Assembly (NCBI RefSeq): GCF_009914755.1
Contig: NC_060946.1
DNA from: the human T2T-CHM13v2.0 reference genome, Homo sapiens
Strand: one strand, 5' to 3'
Length of the DNA stretch: 64,000 nt
Shown here one piece after another: positions 14,849 through 29,293 of the stretch; within the stretch, counting starts at the first letter, position 1, and the number at the start of each line of letters is the position of its first letter. Under the pieces are notes generated by a model. That model saw nothing but the letters and a program-made list of their open reading frames with translations. It was not told the origin of the DNA and searched no databases. The translations under genes were made by a program, and so were the position numbers.

Positions 14849-16769
14849 CCATTTATCTATATTAAAAACCGTGAGTTCACTCCAACTGTAGTACAAAACT
14901 ATGGTTTTCATTCTTGCTTTCTGCCTTTCCATATTTGTCTCTCCCACCATCAGTGGTTCCCACTATCCCTACATTATTTACTAATTAGATCAATCCCCTG
15001 ATATGGAACCAATCTCCTGCTTCTGTTGCCACCAACTCCCCTGGACCAATGACTGCTTCGTTCCATCACTCATGTGGGGACACTACACCATGTAGATACC
15101 CCTTCACCCTGCTAGTTGGACATCCCTGCATTGGGCTGCCCCCATACTTTGGTATCTTTTGAGGCACCCCCTTCCAGGCCACACCTCCTCCCTTTTCTCC
15201 TGCCCTGACTCTCCACTATAAGCCGATTCCTCCCCAGGATGCCCCTGCCCTTCTTAGGCCTCCACACCCTCCATAGATTGTCCTTCATGAACATGCTCTT
15301 CTTCTTCCTGCTCAGGCTCCGGCTGTCCATGCTTGGCAAGCTCCCTACCACCCACATAGACATAAATCCCCCCACTGGTGCTCTGAGACCTCTTTGTATG
15401 AATGACTCCACACCCACTTGGGATGACTCTCCCCTGACGTAACAACTTTCCCACATGCTTCAGACCCTGACATTTCACACATTCCTCTTCATGGAAGCCC
15501 CCTCCCCCCTAGCCCTGGAAAGACTTAGGACCCTGCTCCAGGCAGCCTTCACCTGTGGCCCCTGCTACGCTGCATGTGTTTGATCCTGGACTCAAGGTTA
15601 CCGTAGCTTCCTCCTCCATAGGTGCAGATGCCTACCCTTTCTGCACCACCTAATAGACTTAGGACTGAATTATTTAGCAAAAAAAGAGAAAGAAAAGAGA
15701 GTGGGGTGTAAAGAAAAGAAGATGATGAAGAATGGAAAAAAACATAGGGGGAAAAGATTTATCTTTAACAGCCAAACTCAGTGTTCTCACAAATATGTGC
15801 ATAAATTAATTAAAAAGCTAGATCCTCTAATACCTTGTGGAAGTATCAGTTGAAAGAAAATCATAGTTTTTAAAACTGAGTTATTTCAAAATATATTCAT
15901 GCAGACAATGTTTTTAAATATGCAAAATTCACCTAAGCCTATTGCTTACATTGCAGAGGTGCTTTAAGGATCAAAGGAGATATTAAATATGAAGTTACTC
16001 TTCGAACTTTAAAGTGCTATCTAAAGGGAGAGAATAAAATGCTCAAGATGGCACTTCCATTTTTCATGCACACAGGAGTTTCATATTTCAATAGCTGCCA
16101 TTATTGATCTCTAGGAAAAGGAGTTCAAGGCTCCAATTCACCCCTTTTACTATTCCTATCATTCATCCTCCCCCAAAAGGTAGCAGAATCAAGATCAGAT
16201 CATTCCACCAAAAAGGAGGAGGAGTTGGAAGGAGGAGGCTGACCTGGTTAGCCTGATTTCAGGCTGTTTTATAAGGACCATGATCCCAATGGGTAGAGCT
16301 GTCAAGGGCATAAAAACATGGTACCCATGACCTCTTGTCTTTCTTCCTTCTACAAGTCAATAATGGTACAGCCTCACGTATCTCTTTGTTTTCTTTTCGG
16401 TTGCTCTTTTTTCTCCCAAGGGACAGCCTGGCCCATAGATGTTGCCTTAGACTAAGCAAGTCTCTAGGCAGACTACACAAGCTTGGCCCTCAGCAATGGG
16501 GTGATATTCTTCTTCATTGAAGAATGGGAAGAAATAGGCATGACAGACCTTTAGCTTAATTGATTCAAGGCTATTTTAAGAGATAGCAAGTATAGTAAAA
16601 AAGATGTCCTGCACGTAGCTCTGTTTCTTATTATTAGAAGTTGGTTATTAGTTCAAATCTAATATAAGTTCCCTGCCTTGTTCTTCTTTCTTTGTGTATA
16701 TAATTCTTCTTAGATCTATAAGATGGAGGTGTGGCTGGTCCAAGCTAGGGTTTCAGTACTCTTGGGTTC

Positions 16770-17370
16770 CCTTCATTTACTCAAACTATTTGTCAAGCTC
16801 CTATGTGCCAGGCACTTACTAAAGATACTGATACATAGTGGTGAGCATGAGATATGGTTCTCCTCTGAAACATAGAGTTGAATGAATAAGATAGGCTTTG
16901 AACAGGAAAACCATGTGTATAATTACAAATTACATCACTTGAAGATATGGCATTTGAACTAAGTAGAAATTATTCTAATAAGAGTTCAAAGAAGCCTGTA
17001 TACAAGCATGTGCAAAGGCCCTGGGGCAAGAAATAATTTGACAAGTTCAGGGGACTAAAAGGAGATGACAGTGGTTAGAGAACAGTAGTCAAGCAGTATT
17101 AAAAGGGTGAAACAAGGCTGGAGAGAGAGGCAGCTGTCAGATGATGCAAGTCTTGTTGGCTGGTAAGATCTTTCGGCTTTATCCTGAGTGCATGAGAACC
17201 ATGGAAACATTTTAAGCCAAAGCATAGCATAATTATTTTAAAATATTCTTGCTTTTTTGTAGAAAATGAGTTGAAAGAGGCAGTATTAAAAGGCAGTAGG
17301 CCATTAATGAGCTATTGCAATCATCTAGGTGTGAAATGATGACAGCCTGTACTGAGAATGCAGCAGAAAT
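16770..17370 (-). mobile_element. L2 fragment
   Basis: 'ctatgtgccaggcac', 'agcatgtgcaaaggccctggggca', 'ggctttatcctgagtgc' are antisense L2 motifs. Confidence 0.75.
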
Positions 17371-17599
17371 TCTCCTATACTTCATCTTCAGCAGTCCCAG
17401 GCCAGGCTGAAGGTGGCAGGTGCTCAAGAAGTTCAAAGTCATGACTTCAAGCTCATGATTAATCTCCTAACTTTTGGTCAAACCAGCCATAGTAAAATAC
17501 GATTTTTCCCCTCATCTGAGAATGAAACCCATTATTCTTCGCAAAAGTTGGGAATATACACTGTTTCATCATTCTACATATTATCGAGGGCAACTGAGA

Positions 17600-18096
17600 T
17601 GTGTGGCCCCCGGTTAGCCATACCTCTTGGTATTCATGCCTTTGTGTCATCCCCTCCCACTGATTGTGAGCTGGACTTAGAAATTCTCTTCTGATGAATA
17701 GAATGCAGGAGATGGATTAGATGTCACTTCAGATATCAGATCTCATAAAGATTGTGGCTTGCTCACTTGAAGGGAAGCAAGTTACCCTGTTGTGAGCTGC
17801 TCTATGAAAAGGCCATGTGGCTCAGAACTAATATCCAGCCAGGAGCCAGGGAGGACCTGAAGCCCACCAGCAGCCACATGAGCGAAAATGGAAACAGATT
17901 CTCTCCCCAGTCAAGTCTTGCTATGACTGCTGTCCTGACTGACACTTTGATAGTAGCCTTGAGAGAGACCCTGAACAAGAGGCACCCAACAAAACCATGC
18001 CTAGAGTTTCCCAGGAACTGTGGAATAATAAATGTGTGTTGCTTTGACCTGATGAGTTTTAGGGCAATTTGTTGCACAGCAATAAATACCAAATGC
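17600..18096 (+). mobile_element. MLT1F-like LTR
   Basis: 'gtattcatgcctttgtgtcatcccctccc', 'gacactttgatagtagccttgagagagaccctg', 'ataataaatgtgtgttgcttt'. Confidence 0.8.
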
Positions 18097-18475
18097 TGCA
18101 ACATTCTGGAATGCCTCATGTATTTGTGCACTGTCTCTAAAGGCAGTCTTGGGGTTTGTCCCCTCGTCTTCCATAGCTGCATGAGAGGTTCCATTCCTAT
18201 CCGGAAGAGTCACCAGCCACAGAGGCAAAACCTTCCTGGAGGTTTTGGTTATATATCTATAAGGACCCTAGAGACCAATGTTCAGCCTCTGAGATGAGTG
18301 AATGGAGGTTCAGAGAGGAATCTTTGATCTTTCAGCTCACCAGTTTTAGAGTAGGGATAGTATTTTTTGTTTTCTAACTTCCAGATTGATTTATCACCTT
18401 AGTCTTATAGCTTTTAGGGCAATGAGCCAGAATCTCTGATCAGAAACTTCTAGATGACATTCAGAATTGTGGCAC

Positions 18476-19314
<839 letters not shown>

Positions 19315-20231
19315 GGAACTTGCCTCTACCTCTCATCTTGTTGCTTGCTGAAGAAATGTTGTAGTAACATCATTATATTTACCAGGAAAACATACTCTTT
19401 CCTCTCTTTTTGCTTTAGAGTAACATCTTCAGTGTGCTTGCTCACGGCCCGTTACCTTGTGAACAAGCTGTTGACCAAGTGTGTAACAAAGCTTCCACCA
19501 GAGGGGTTTCCAACCTCAGGCACTGAATCAATAGGTGGTGAATGATGCAATGGGGTTTTTGTGAAGACTGAGATCCACACTTGGAAATTAAATGCATACT
19601 AGCATATGCATGCACCTAGCCTGTCTTCTGGCAGTGGTTGGTGCCTGGTGGGGGACAGCCACATGTTCTGCCATCCTAAGGATGCATCTTGTCTTCATTT
19701 TCTGCAGGGTCTTTGTTAGTGGCTGAGGCTCATTGAGCCTGTGCAATGAAGTATGAGATGGGAAAGGTAGAAGAAAAATGTCTTGGTTCAGGTGCATAAT
19801 TCATGAAGCCTGGATATTAATATTAATTATCCTGTCCACCAAAGTCAGGCAAATGAAATATGCAGAGAAAAACGTGGAAGCCCAGAAACTTCAGGTCTTT
19901 TAGACTTAGTTCGCCTAAGGGTATAGTTATAAAAGTACAGCCAGATTTGTATGGAACTTTTGTATAGAGCCAAATTAGAGCTTGCTAAGAACTTTTACAT
20001 TTATTAACTTCATTATGTTCACAATAACCCCATGAAGTTGGTGAGACAAGGAAGAGCTCCCACATTAAAGATGAGGAAAGTGGACTCCACCAAAGTCACA
20101 GAGCTTGACAGAAGCAGAACAGGAGCTGGAATTCAGGGGACCTGATTTCGAATCCCATGTTCTCGCCATGACTTCACTCTGCTCTGATAGTTTTTATATA
20201 ATGTAATTAAGATAGCATGCACAAATTCCTC

Positions 20232-22342
20232 CTAATACTATATATATTTATAGTATTATAGTATAATATATAGTATATATAATTATATAGTTTTATAGTA
20301 TACTATATGTTATAATACTATATAAATTGTAATACTATATATAGCACTATATATAGTATATATAGCATTCCTATATATAGTATTACTATATATAGTATAT
20401 CATATAGTATTACTCTATATAGTATATATAATACACAGTGTGACTACATATAGTATATATAATACACAGTGTGACTACATATAGTATATATAATACAGTG
20501 TGACTACATATAGTATATATAATACACAGTGTGACTACATATAGTATATATAATACACAGTGTTACTACATATAGTATATATAATAGTGTTACTACGTAT
20601 AGTATATATAATATATAGTGTTACTACACATAGTATATATAATATATAGTGTTACTACATATAGCATACTATATATAGTATCACTGTATCAGCATTACTA
20701 TAATATATAGTATATATAAATATGGTGTATATATAACTATAGTGTATATATAATATATACTATATCTAGTAATACTATATGTAGTCATTTAGTACTACAT
20801 ATAGTAGTACTAGATATAGTATATATACTATATATACTATATATACTATATACTGTACAGTATGTATATACTATATACACACACTATATATAGTGTGTGT
20901 ACATACTATATACACACACTATATATAGTGTGTGTACATACTATATACACACTATATAGAGTATGTATATACTATATACTTCACACTATATAGTATGTAT
21001 ATACTATAGACACATACACTATATATAGTATGTATATACTATACACACACACTATATATAGTATGTATATACTATATACACACACACTATATATAGTATG
21101 TATATACTATATACACACACACTATATATATAGTATGTATATACTATACACACACACTATAGTATGTATATACTATACATATACTGTATACTATATATAC
21201 ACTATATATAGTGTGTGTATATATAGTATACCCACACTATATATAGTGTGTGTATATATAGTATACACACACTATATAGTATATATAGTATACTATACAT
21301 ATTATATATACTATACTATACTATATACCATATATACTATACTATACTATACTATATATAGTATATATAGTGTGTGTGTATAGTATATACATACTATATA
21401 TAGTGTGTGTGTATATAGTATATATAGTATATACACACTATATATAGTGTGTGTATATATAGTATATAGTGTGTGTGTATCATATACACACACTATATAC
21501 AGTGTATGTATCGTATATACACACTATATACAGTGTGTGTGTATCGTATATACACACTATATACAGTGTGTGTGTATCGTATATACACACTATATACAGT
21601 GTGTGTGTGTATCGTATATACACACTATATACAGTGTGTGTGTGTATCGTATATACACACTATATACAGTGTGTCTGTGTATCGTATATACACACTATAT
21701 ACAGTGTGTGTGTATCGTATATACACACCATATACAGGGTGTGTGTGTATCGTATATACACACCATATACAGGGTGTGTGTGTATCGTATATACACACTA
21801 TATACAGTGTGTGTGTATCGTATATACACACTATATATAGTGTGTGTGTATCGTATATACATACTGTATAGTATATAGTATATATAGTGTATATATAGTA
21901 TACTATATCTAGTACTACTGTATATAGTACTAAATGACTATATATAGTATTACTAGATATAGTATATATTATATGTACAATATTATAGTTATATGTACAC
22001 CATATGTATTTATATATAATATATTGTAATGCTGATATAGTAATACTATACACAGTATACTATATGCAGTAACACTATATATTATATATACTATATGTAG
22101 TAACAGTATATATTATACATACTATATGTAGTAACACTATATATTATATATACTAAAGTAACACTGTATTATATATACTATATGTAGTAACACTTATATA
22201 TATTATATGTAGTAACACTGTGTATTATATATACTATATGTAGTAACACTGTGTATATATATGTACTATATATATAACACTATATATACACACTATATAT
22301 AGTGTGTGTATATACTATATATATACACGATATATAGTATAA
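20232..22342. repeat. AT-rich compound minisatellite arranged as a large imperfect palindrome
   Basis: Units such as tatagtatatataatacacagtgtgactaca (left) and their reverse complements (right); central 33-35 bp unit gtatcgtatatacacactatatacagtgtgtgt. Confidence 0.92.
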
Positions 22343-22524
22343 AAACATATAGTAAAAGCCACTATGTTAACAAATTCTTTTGTCTTGCAAAATTCCTGCG
22401 TCTGTAAAATGGGATGTAAGTGGAGCTTATCACATGTGTTTCTTGGGTGATTAAAAGAATTAGTGAACAAAGAAAAATCAACGCAATGCCTTTTTATTAA
22501 GATGATGTTGCAGGGAAAATAGTC

Positions 22525-22850
22525 TTTATTTACTTACTCGTTTAACAAATTTTATTGAGCTTCCACTACATCCTACATATTTGTTCTGAACACTGGGGTT
22601 ACCAAAGTGAGCAGGCACAAATATCTTTCACTTTTATCTTTCAGTGTAGGAGGCTAAAAATAAACAAGGAACATAGTAGTAAGATAGGGTTGGGTAAGGC
22701 TAAGGCAGGAGGAGGGGGACATAGACAACCAAGAGGGTCAAGAAAATTCCTTTTGAGAAGGTAATATTTGATTTATGTGTAGTAAGAGAATGAGGCATAA
22801 GGGGGTCCTCATAAGTGGGAAAGAGTGATCCAGACATGAAAAACATGGAA
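22525..22850 (-). mobile_element. L2 fragment
   Basis: 'tttaacaaattttattgagcttccactac...gagaaggtaatatttga'. Confidence 0.6.
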
Positions 22851-24809
22851 AATAGCTGATAACAAGTAGTGCTTAGCAACTCAGAATATTGGCTTCCATT
22901 TTGGGGATTTTCAGTTAAGGCTCGAATTCATATTTTACCACTTTGATGTTCAGAAGGCTCTTTATACTAATTATCTCATTGGGAATTGGAATACATAAAC
23001 ATATTTATTCACTTCAACTCAGCAATTGTAATTTTAGGACATTATTCCAAGTAAATAAAAATAATAGAGTCAAATATTTGAGTGTAAAGGGATTCTTTTC
23101 AGCCTTATGTATATTAATCAAAATTGGTCACACTCTTATGTCCAGCAATAGAGCAGCAGTCATATAAATTATGTTTCTTTCTGTACTCTGCATTTTAATC
23201 CTCCTCTTCTCTCTCCTGCTCCTCTCCCTTTTCTTGCTCCCCCTACTTTTTCCCTCCTTCTCCCCTCCTTCTTATTCTTATCCTTCCATTCTATTTTCTC
23301 CCTCCAAAGAAAGCTATATTATCTTGGACTCAGAGTCTACCATTTTGAAAGATGGTAACTATAGGGAAGTGAGAGGGAGCTATCCTATACAAATCTACAA
23401 AGCTAGTGTTTTATTTTACTGAGATATGTACTTTTTTGAGATGGGTTTTTCCAGAAAAGATTTACCTAAGTTTTTTCCAAATGCCTAGGGACGGGATCTA
23501 TAAGAGTAGGACCCTTTTAAAAGGAATTCATAGCTAGATGTTCAACAGATAGAGTGAATTGTGACTGCAGCTTGCATGATAGCTGGTTTCTGTCTATAAC
23601 TTCTTGTGGGAAACTTTTCCTCCCCATTTACGCAGAAGTTTCTGAGATGGGAGAACTTCTTTGGAGTCCTCCAGGAGATGGGTATTTATTAATAATTCTC
23701 CCATATACTGAAAATGTAAGCTTTATAGGGTTTGGTTTTATTGGGAAATCCTATGCTAGACTTACCTTGGGCAGACTCTGGAGTTTGTTTGTCTTTGAGC
23801 TGTATAAAACTGTAAACATTTACACCTAAGTTTCACAGAGATCAGAAAATGCCCTTCAGGCAGTCAGCAGCTTCAGTGCTATGCTTGCATTTCTAGGTCC
23901 TTGTTACGAGTATCACTGACCTTCTTTCCAGGTCAAAGCAGCATTCAAAAAGATACCAAAATGTTTTCTCCAACAATTGATAGTTGTTTCATCAGAAAGA
24001 TTGTGTGTGTTGGGGGGAGTGGGGGGTGCTGGCAGAAGGAACCATGTTTATAATGTTTACAGAAACAAAAGTCTCAGTAAGAAAAATAATTCAGACACCA
24101 ACCTAAATTTGCCTGCCCCCAAGAATGCTTAACCTATTGGAAACATATTACATTTAATACCAGGGTAGTGGTGGTTCCACTCCATTTCAATTTAGTCAGA
24201 CTAGAACATTGGTGCTATGTTTAGTACTAAGAACTTGCATGATGTTTCTGGATGACTTAGCTCCAGAGTTCAGCTTTGCTGCTGCTCATTCCAAAGCAGA
24301 GGCAGCAGCTGAGCCCAGGGGCAGGTGTGCAAGCAGAAAGCGGGTTAAAGGAAATGAGCAGGATTTGCATCTTGGAGTGGCGTTTTGCCTCATGAGTGAA
24401 AGTGATTAACCAGTTCATCTTCCTGCTCTATTCACCCCTAACTTCTTTCTTCCATCCCTAATAAAGTAGGTGGCATCACTCTCAGAATCTCAGGATCAAG
24501 TCAAAATTAATGGACTCTCACAGATTTATATAAAATCTATTTTTCTTTTTCCTCTTCAGTGAGATACTTGAACACATTACAGTGTGTAATAGAAAAACCG
24601 CAACAGGTAAATCCTTTACTTGCATTTCTTCATACTTCATCTAAAGAAGACATAATAGCAACTTTCTCCTGATATCTTCTAAGAGTATTATCATGAAAAA
24701 ATAAAACTAAGGAAAATTGTTCCAGTTGCATGTTTTATTTATATAAGAGGGAAGTAGATTTCTACACATACTTGAAAGAGAGAGGTATTTGTCAAATACA
24801 GAGGTTGAA

Positions 24810-25060
24810 TCACTCATCTCCCCATCTCTGCCCATCTATCTATTCAACCATATTTCCACCAATTCAAAAAATCATGGGTCAATCTGTCATCTATAAAATT
24901 ATGCTTCCTTTTACCCATTAATCTGCCCATCCTTCAACCCATTCATCAAACCACAATTCCATCTATCAATATATTTACTATCTATCTACTCACCTATCTG
25001 TCTATTCACCCATCTATCCATTTAGATCTATTTTTAGCTTACATCCACCTGTTTAACCAT
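24810..25060. repeat. Degenerate (CCAT/CTAT)n low-complexity tract
   Basis: Recurrent ccatctatc/ccattcatc units. Confidence 0.55.
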
Positions 25061-25747
25061 GTACTTGGCAATATATTTCTTGGTTTATCTATTAAGCTAT
25101 TTGAAAATATTTTTGGCACCCAATATGTACAGGATACTGAGTTGGCCTATATGTGAATACAAAGATAGGTACCACTACAATATAAGGCATAAATGTAGCA
25201 AAATGTATGAACAAAGTATTCAGGGGATTTTGAGGATAGAGCAGTCAGTGTTTCATGGGAAGGAAAATGAAAAAGAAGGAAAAGAAATAGCATTTGATTT
25301 GGCACTTGAATTATGTGCAAATTTTAACAGATGGAAATTGGGTGGGTAGAGTTGGGGCTTCTGGAGAACATAGGGTTTTTAGAGTTCTTTCAGTTTCCAG
25401 AGAGTTTTATATACTTCCATGCTATATGAACCAGAGTTCCCCTTTGGCTTAAACTAGTTTAGCTGCCTTTCCATCACTTGGACAAAGAGCATGTTGACTC
25501 TCAACAAAAACTGAAATCCCCCGCCTGATGAGTAATGATATCATGGAGACGTGAGAAGCTTGAATCTAAATTGGAGCTTTGTCGAGGGTAATAATGATGG
25601 CTGCATAGGGCTGTTAGATACCATTGTAAAATATTTACATTTAGGAGGTGCTTACTAAATGGCTCTTAAAATTATTGTGCTTGAATTTTCCTGTAAGATC
25701 TTCAGTAAGTTGTCATGTAGTCTTTGATTTTTCCCCCAAGGCTTTCC

Positions 25748-26300
25748 ATTTTTTATTTTTAATTTTTGTGGGTACATAGTAGGTATATATACTTACGGGG
25801 TACCTGAGATGTTTTGAGGCAGGCATGCAATACATAATAATGACATCATGGAGAATGAGGTATCCATCCTTTCAAGCATTTACCCTTTATGTTGAAACAT
25901 CCAACTATGCTCATACTTGTTTTAAAAGGTACAATTAAATTATTATTGACTATAGTCACCCTGTTGTGCTATCAAATACTAGGTCTTATTCATTCTAATT
26001 ATTTTTTGTACCTGTTAACCATCCCCATCTCTTTCCAGTCTTCCACTATCCATTCCAGCCTCTGGTAACCAGTAACCATTCTTCCACTCTCTATCCCCAT
26101 GAGTTTGATTGTTTTGATTTTTAGATCCCCCAAATAAGTGAGGACATGTGATGTTTGTCTTTCTGTGCCTGGCTTATTTCACTTAACATAATGACCTCCA
26201 ATTCCATCCATGTTGTTGCAAATGATAGGATCTCGTTCCTTTTATGGCTGAATAGTGTTCCGTTGTGTACATGTACCACATTTTCTATATCCATTCATCT
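25748..26300 (-). mobile_element. L1MA (L1MA2-like) 3' end
   Basis: 'aatttttgtgggtacatagtaggtatatat...tatagtcaccctgttgtgctatcaaatactaggtcttattcattct...tctgtgcctggcttatttcacttaacataatgacctcca'. Confidence 0.85.
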
Positions 26301-26301
26301 G

Positions 26302-26385
26302 TTTTTTTGTTGTTGTTGTTTACATTTTATTTTTCCATAAGTTATTGGGGTACAGGTGGCATTTGATTACATGAGTAAGTCTTTA
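26302..26385 (-). mobile_element. L1PB1-like extreme 3' fragment
   Basis: 'ttccataagttattggggtacaggtggcatttgattacatgagtaag'. Confidence 0.75.
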
Positions 26386-26479
26386 AGCTGAAATTACCTC
26401 TGATTTGATCTGTTCTGTGTCCCTAGTCCTAACCATCGTTGTGTCCATTTATTAATTTAGCGACATATTCACTAAACTT

Positions 26480-26910
26480 TTAATAAATGCTGACATCTCA
26501 TGTTGGGCATTGTGCTATGCATTTTACAAATGACATCTTTTAATCCCAATCTTATATGATAAGTGTTGTTATCCCTATTCTAAGGATAAATAATCCGAGG
26601 CTCAAGGAGATAACCTAAAGTCAAATGATTAGTAAGAGGTTGAGCTGGGATTCATACTTATGTTTATTTAGTAACAAAGATAATGATATCTGCTATTTGC
26701 TAGCTGCTTATGTGCCCGACACTGTAAAGTCTTTCCATATCTCATCTTATTGTAGCACCCATAATACCCATGATGGAGATATTATTACCTTAATGTTAGA
26801 GATGAAGGAGCTGAGGCTTGGAGAGTTAAAATAACTTGTCTAGGGTCACAGAGCTAGTCAGTGGAAGAACCAGCATATGAACCCAATTCTCTCTGCCTCC
26901 AAAGCCCATG
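26480..26910 (-). mobile_element. Two tandem MIR relics
   Basis: 'tgtgctatgcattttaca...gaggctcaagga' and 'gagctgaggcttggagagttaaaataacttgtctagggtcacagagctag'. Confidence 0.75.
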
Positions 26911-27589
26911 TAATTACAATAATGCCTATTTCTCTGTCAAACCCTGCTAGGGGCAGTAGGAAGCATGTATCACCCTTATAATACAAGGTTGAAAGGGGCT
27001 AATTGGACAACAAGCGGCAGGTATAGAAAGAGATCAGGTCTTTCTAAGCAGGATCTGGGAAGACTTACAGCGTGGGGTGACAGGTAAGGTGGACCTGGGA
27101 GAGGAAGTAGATGAGAATATACCAGAGGAGGTGGCACTGGGCATCTCAGGCTTTGAGACAAAAGACGAAGGGTCATACAAGCAAGAATGCAACATGCATG
27201 ATAAAGAGTGGCCAAGCCAGTTGCAGCTGGAGGTAGGCATTCAGGATGCAAGAGCCCAGGAAGGCAGTGGTGGCACTATTGGGGCCTTAAGTGCCTCTCT
27301 CTTTCTGGAGCCTGTTGCCTTCAGGACTGCCCTTAGACTGCTGAAGTTGCTGGGCACAATAGACAAAATCCTAAATATGGAGATAGGAAATTAACTAATA
27401 AAAAAATGACAAGAAAATATTTTTACAAAAGATAATTTAAGAGGAAAGTAAAAGCTACTTCCCTCTTTGTCTTGTAGCTTCCTTTTCTATGAAACATGAA
27501 GCCCAGGGCTTCTTGGACTAAGTGAGAGAGTGAAGAAAATGTAGGTATTAAAATTAACAGCCAGAGATGGCGTTAGCAAAATGAGAAAT

Positions 27590-27820
27590 GGTGTGGTTGG
27601 AATTAAGTGATAGAATTAGCATTGCCACTGGATTCAGACTGCCTAGAGTTTTTTGAGGTCCAGTTCTTCTGTTTCCTGGCTGTGTGACATCAGGCAGATA
27701 TGCATTCTGAGCCTCGGTTTCTTCATCTTCCAAATGGGGACGATGATATCTACCTCAGGGGAATGCTGTGATGACGATAGACGTGTCCAGCACACAGTAA
27801 CTATTCAGTAGATATTATCT
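27590..27820 (+). mobile_element. MIR
   Basis: 'ctgagcctcggtttcttcatcttccaaatgggga'. Confidence 0.75.
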
Positions 27821-28799
27821 TTGTTCCTTCAGCACCAGGGGAAATAAGAAAAAGCAAAGAAAGGGAAGTGCTGGTATAAAGGGAAGGAAGGAAACCAAGG
27901 GCATCAGTGTGGATGGGGAAGGCAGAAAATGCTCTCCTGGGGAATCACAACCTTTGTATTATCAAGTGCTTTTTTTGAATTCAAGCCATGCTATTTCTTG
28001 CAGCTCTGACTATGTTTCAAGTTGGAATATCAAGCATCTCTGAGCCTTCACTACAGCAATTAAGGGCTCATAAAGCTATTCTTAGGAGTACAAAATAAAC
28101 TGAGATATATTTGAGGTTGCCAGAAGGTTGCCATGTGGAGAACTGAGTGCTAACCACTGGAAAGGTGACATTAAAGACAGCAGGTGTGCAGAATGCTGTG
28201 GCCATAACTCTCTCCAGCTGAGGGCAGAGGCCACAAAAAGGACCCTGCTGAGGGGAGGCTGCCAAGGAGCTCCACACTCTGCCAAGAGGGGCCTGAGTTC
28301 TGGCGCCATCAGCAACTGTCTTGTCTCTGTGACTCACATCTTCTCACATAAAATGAGTAGTTGAATGAGTTGATTTTGAATGTTCATTTCTGTTCTAATG
28401 TTGTGTGATCCAATATGAATTCAACTAAAGCCTGCAGATTCTTCCACTGCCCCCATGGTGGCCATCTGTTGAGGTGGGAGGGAAACATGCTGGCCCTCCC
28501 CGTCTCCTACCCTAAAGAAGACACTGTGCTGGACTAGCTCTGCTTCCAATTTCCACTAAGGCTATTATTCTTCCCACTCGCCATCCACTCCTGTAGCATT
28601 ATGTCTGCCAGGATGCTCTGTAAGTGTTCCTTGGAAAAAAAAAAAAAGGATGGAAGGAGAGAAGAAAGAAGACAACGAGGAAAGGAGGGAGAGAAAAAAG
28701 AAATGAAAGAGAGAAGGAGGGAAGATAATGCATGGTGCTTTTCTTTAATGTGTGAATACCCCTTCTCCCATGTCCCTGTGGCTGGAAGTGCAGGATTCT

Positions 28800-28985
28800 A
28801 AGTTAGCAGAGCCATGTGACACAAGGAAGCTGGATTTCCAGGTAAATGCTCAATGCAGAGCTGACCACCTGAGCCATTTGACGTTTCCAGGACCGTGAAG
28901 GAGAGAGAAATAAACTTCTGTGGTGTTGAACCACTGAGATTTATTTTTGGGTTGTTTCAGCAACTAGTATTAAATATCCTGATTA
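28800..28985 (+). mobile_element. Old MLT1 LTR 3' fragment
   Basis: 'gagagaaataaacttctgtggtgttgaaccactgagattt'. Confidence 0.6.
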
Positions 28986-28997
28986 ATTAAGGCATTG

Positions 28998-29293
28998 GGC
29001 TGGGCACCATGGCTCACACATGTAATCCTAGCACTTCAGGAAGCTGAGGTTGGTGGATCACTTGAGGTCAGCAGTTTGAGACCAGCCTGGTCAACATGGT
29101 GAAATCCTGTCTCTACTATAAATACAAAAATTAACTGGGCATGTTGATGGGCACCTGTAATCCCAGCTACTCAGGAGGCTGAGGCAGGAGAATTGCTTGA
29201 ACCCAGAAGGTGGAGGTTGCAGTGAGCCAATGTTGTACCACTGCACTCCAGCCTGGGCAACAGAGCGAGACCCCATCTCAAAAAAAAAAAAAA
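28998..29293 (+). mobile_element. Alu, AluS-type
   Basis: Full dimer with poly(A); degenerate TSD aattaa(g/a)gca. Confidence 0.95.

Noticed and set aside
15000-15680. C-rich degenerate repeats with overlapping ORFs
   Set aside because: Best explained as part of an old L1M 3' UTR rather than coding sequence or a CpG island
17752-18297. 181-aa ORF
   Set aside because: Lies mostly in an MLT1F LTR, has a non-ATG start and shows no recognisable domain
21030-22053. ORFs of 117-157 aa, and a superficially CRISPR-like regular array
   Set aside because: Minisatellite translation; units are contiguous with no unique spacers, there are no cas genes, and the DNA is primate
27077-27394. 105-aa acidic, protein-looking ORF
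   Set aside because: GTG start, no family motif or exon context recognised; consistent with a chance ORF in purine-rich DNA
28445-28475. CTCF-like sequence ctgcccccatggtggccatctgttg
   Set aside because: Has a one-base insertion relative to the CCASYAGRKGGC core, and the alternative register is weak; not supportable without ChIP data
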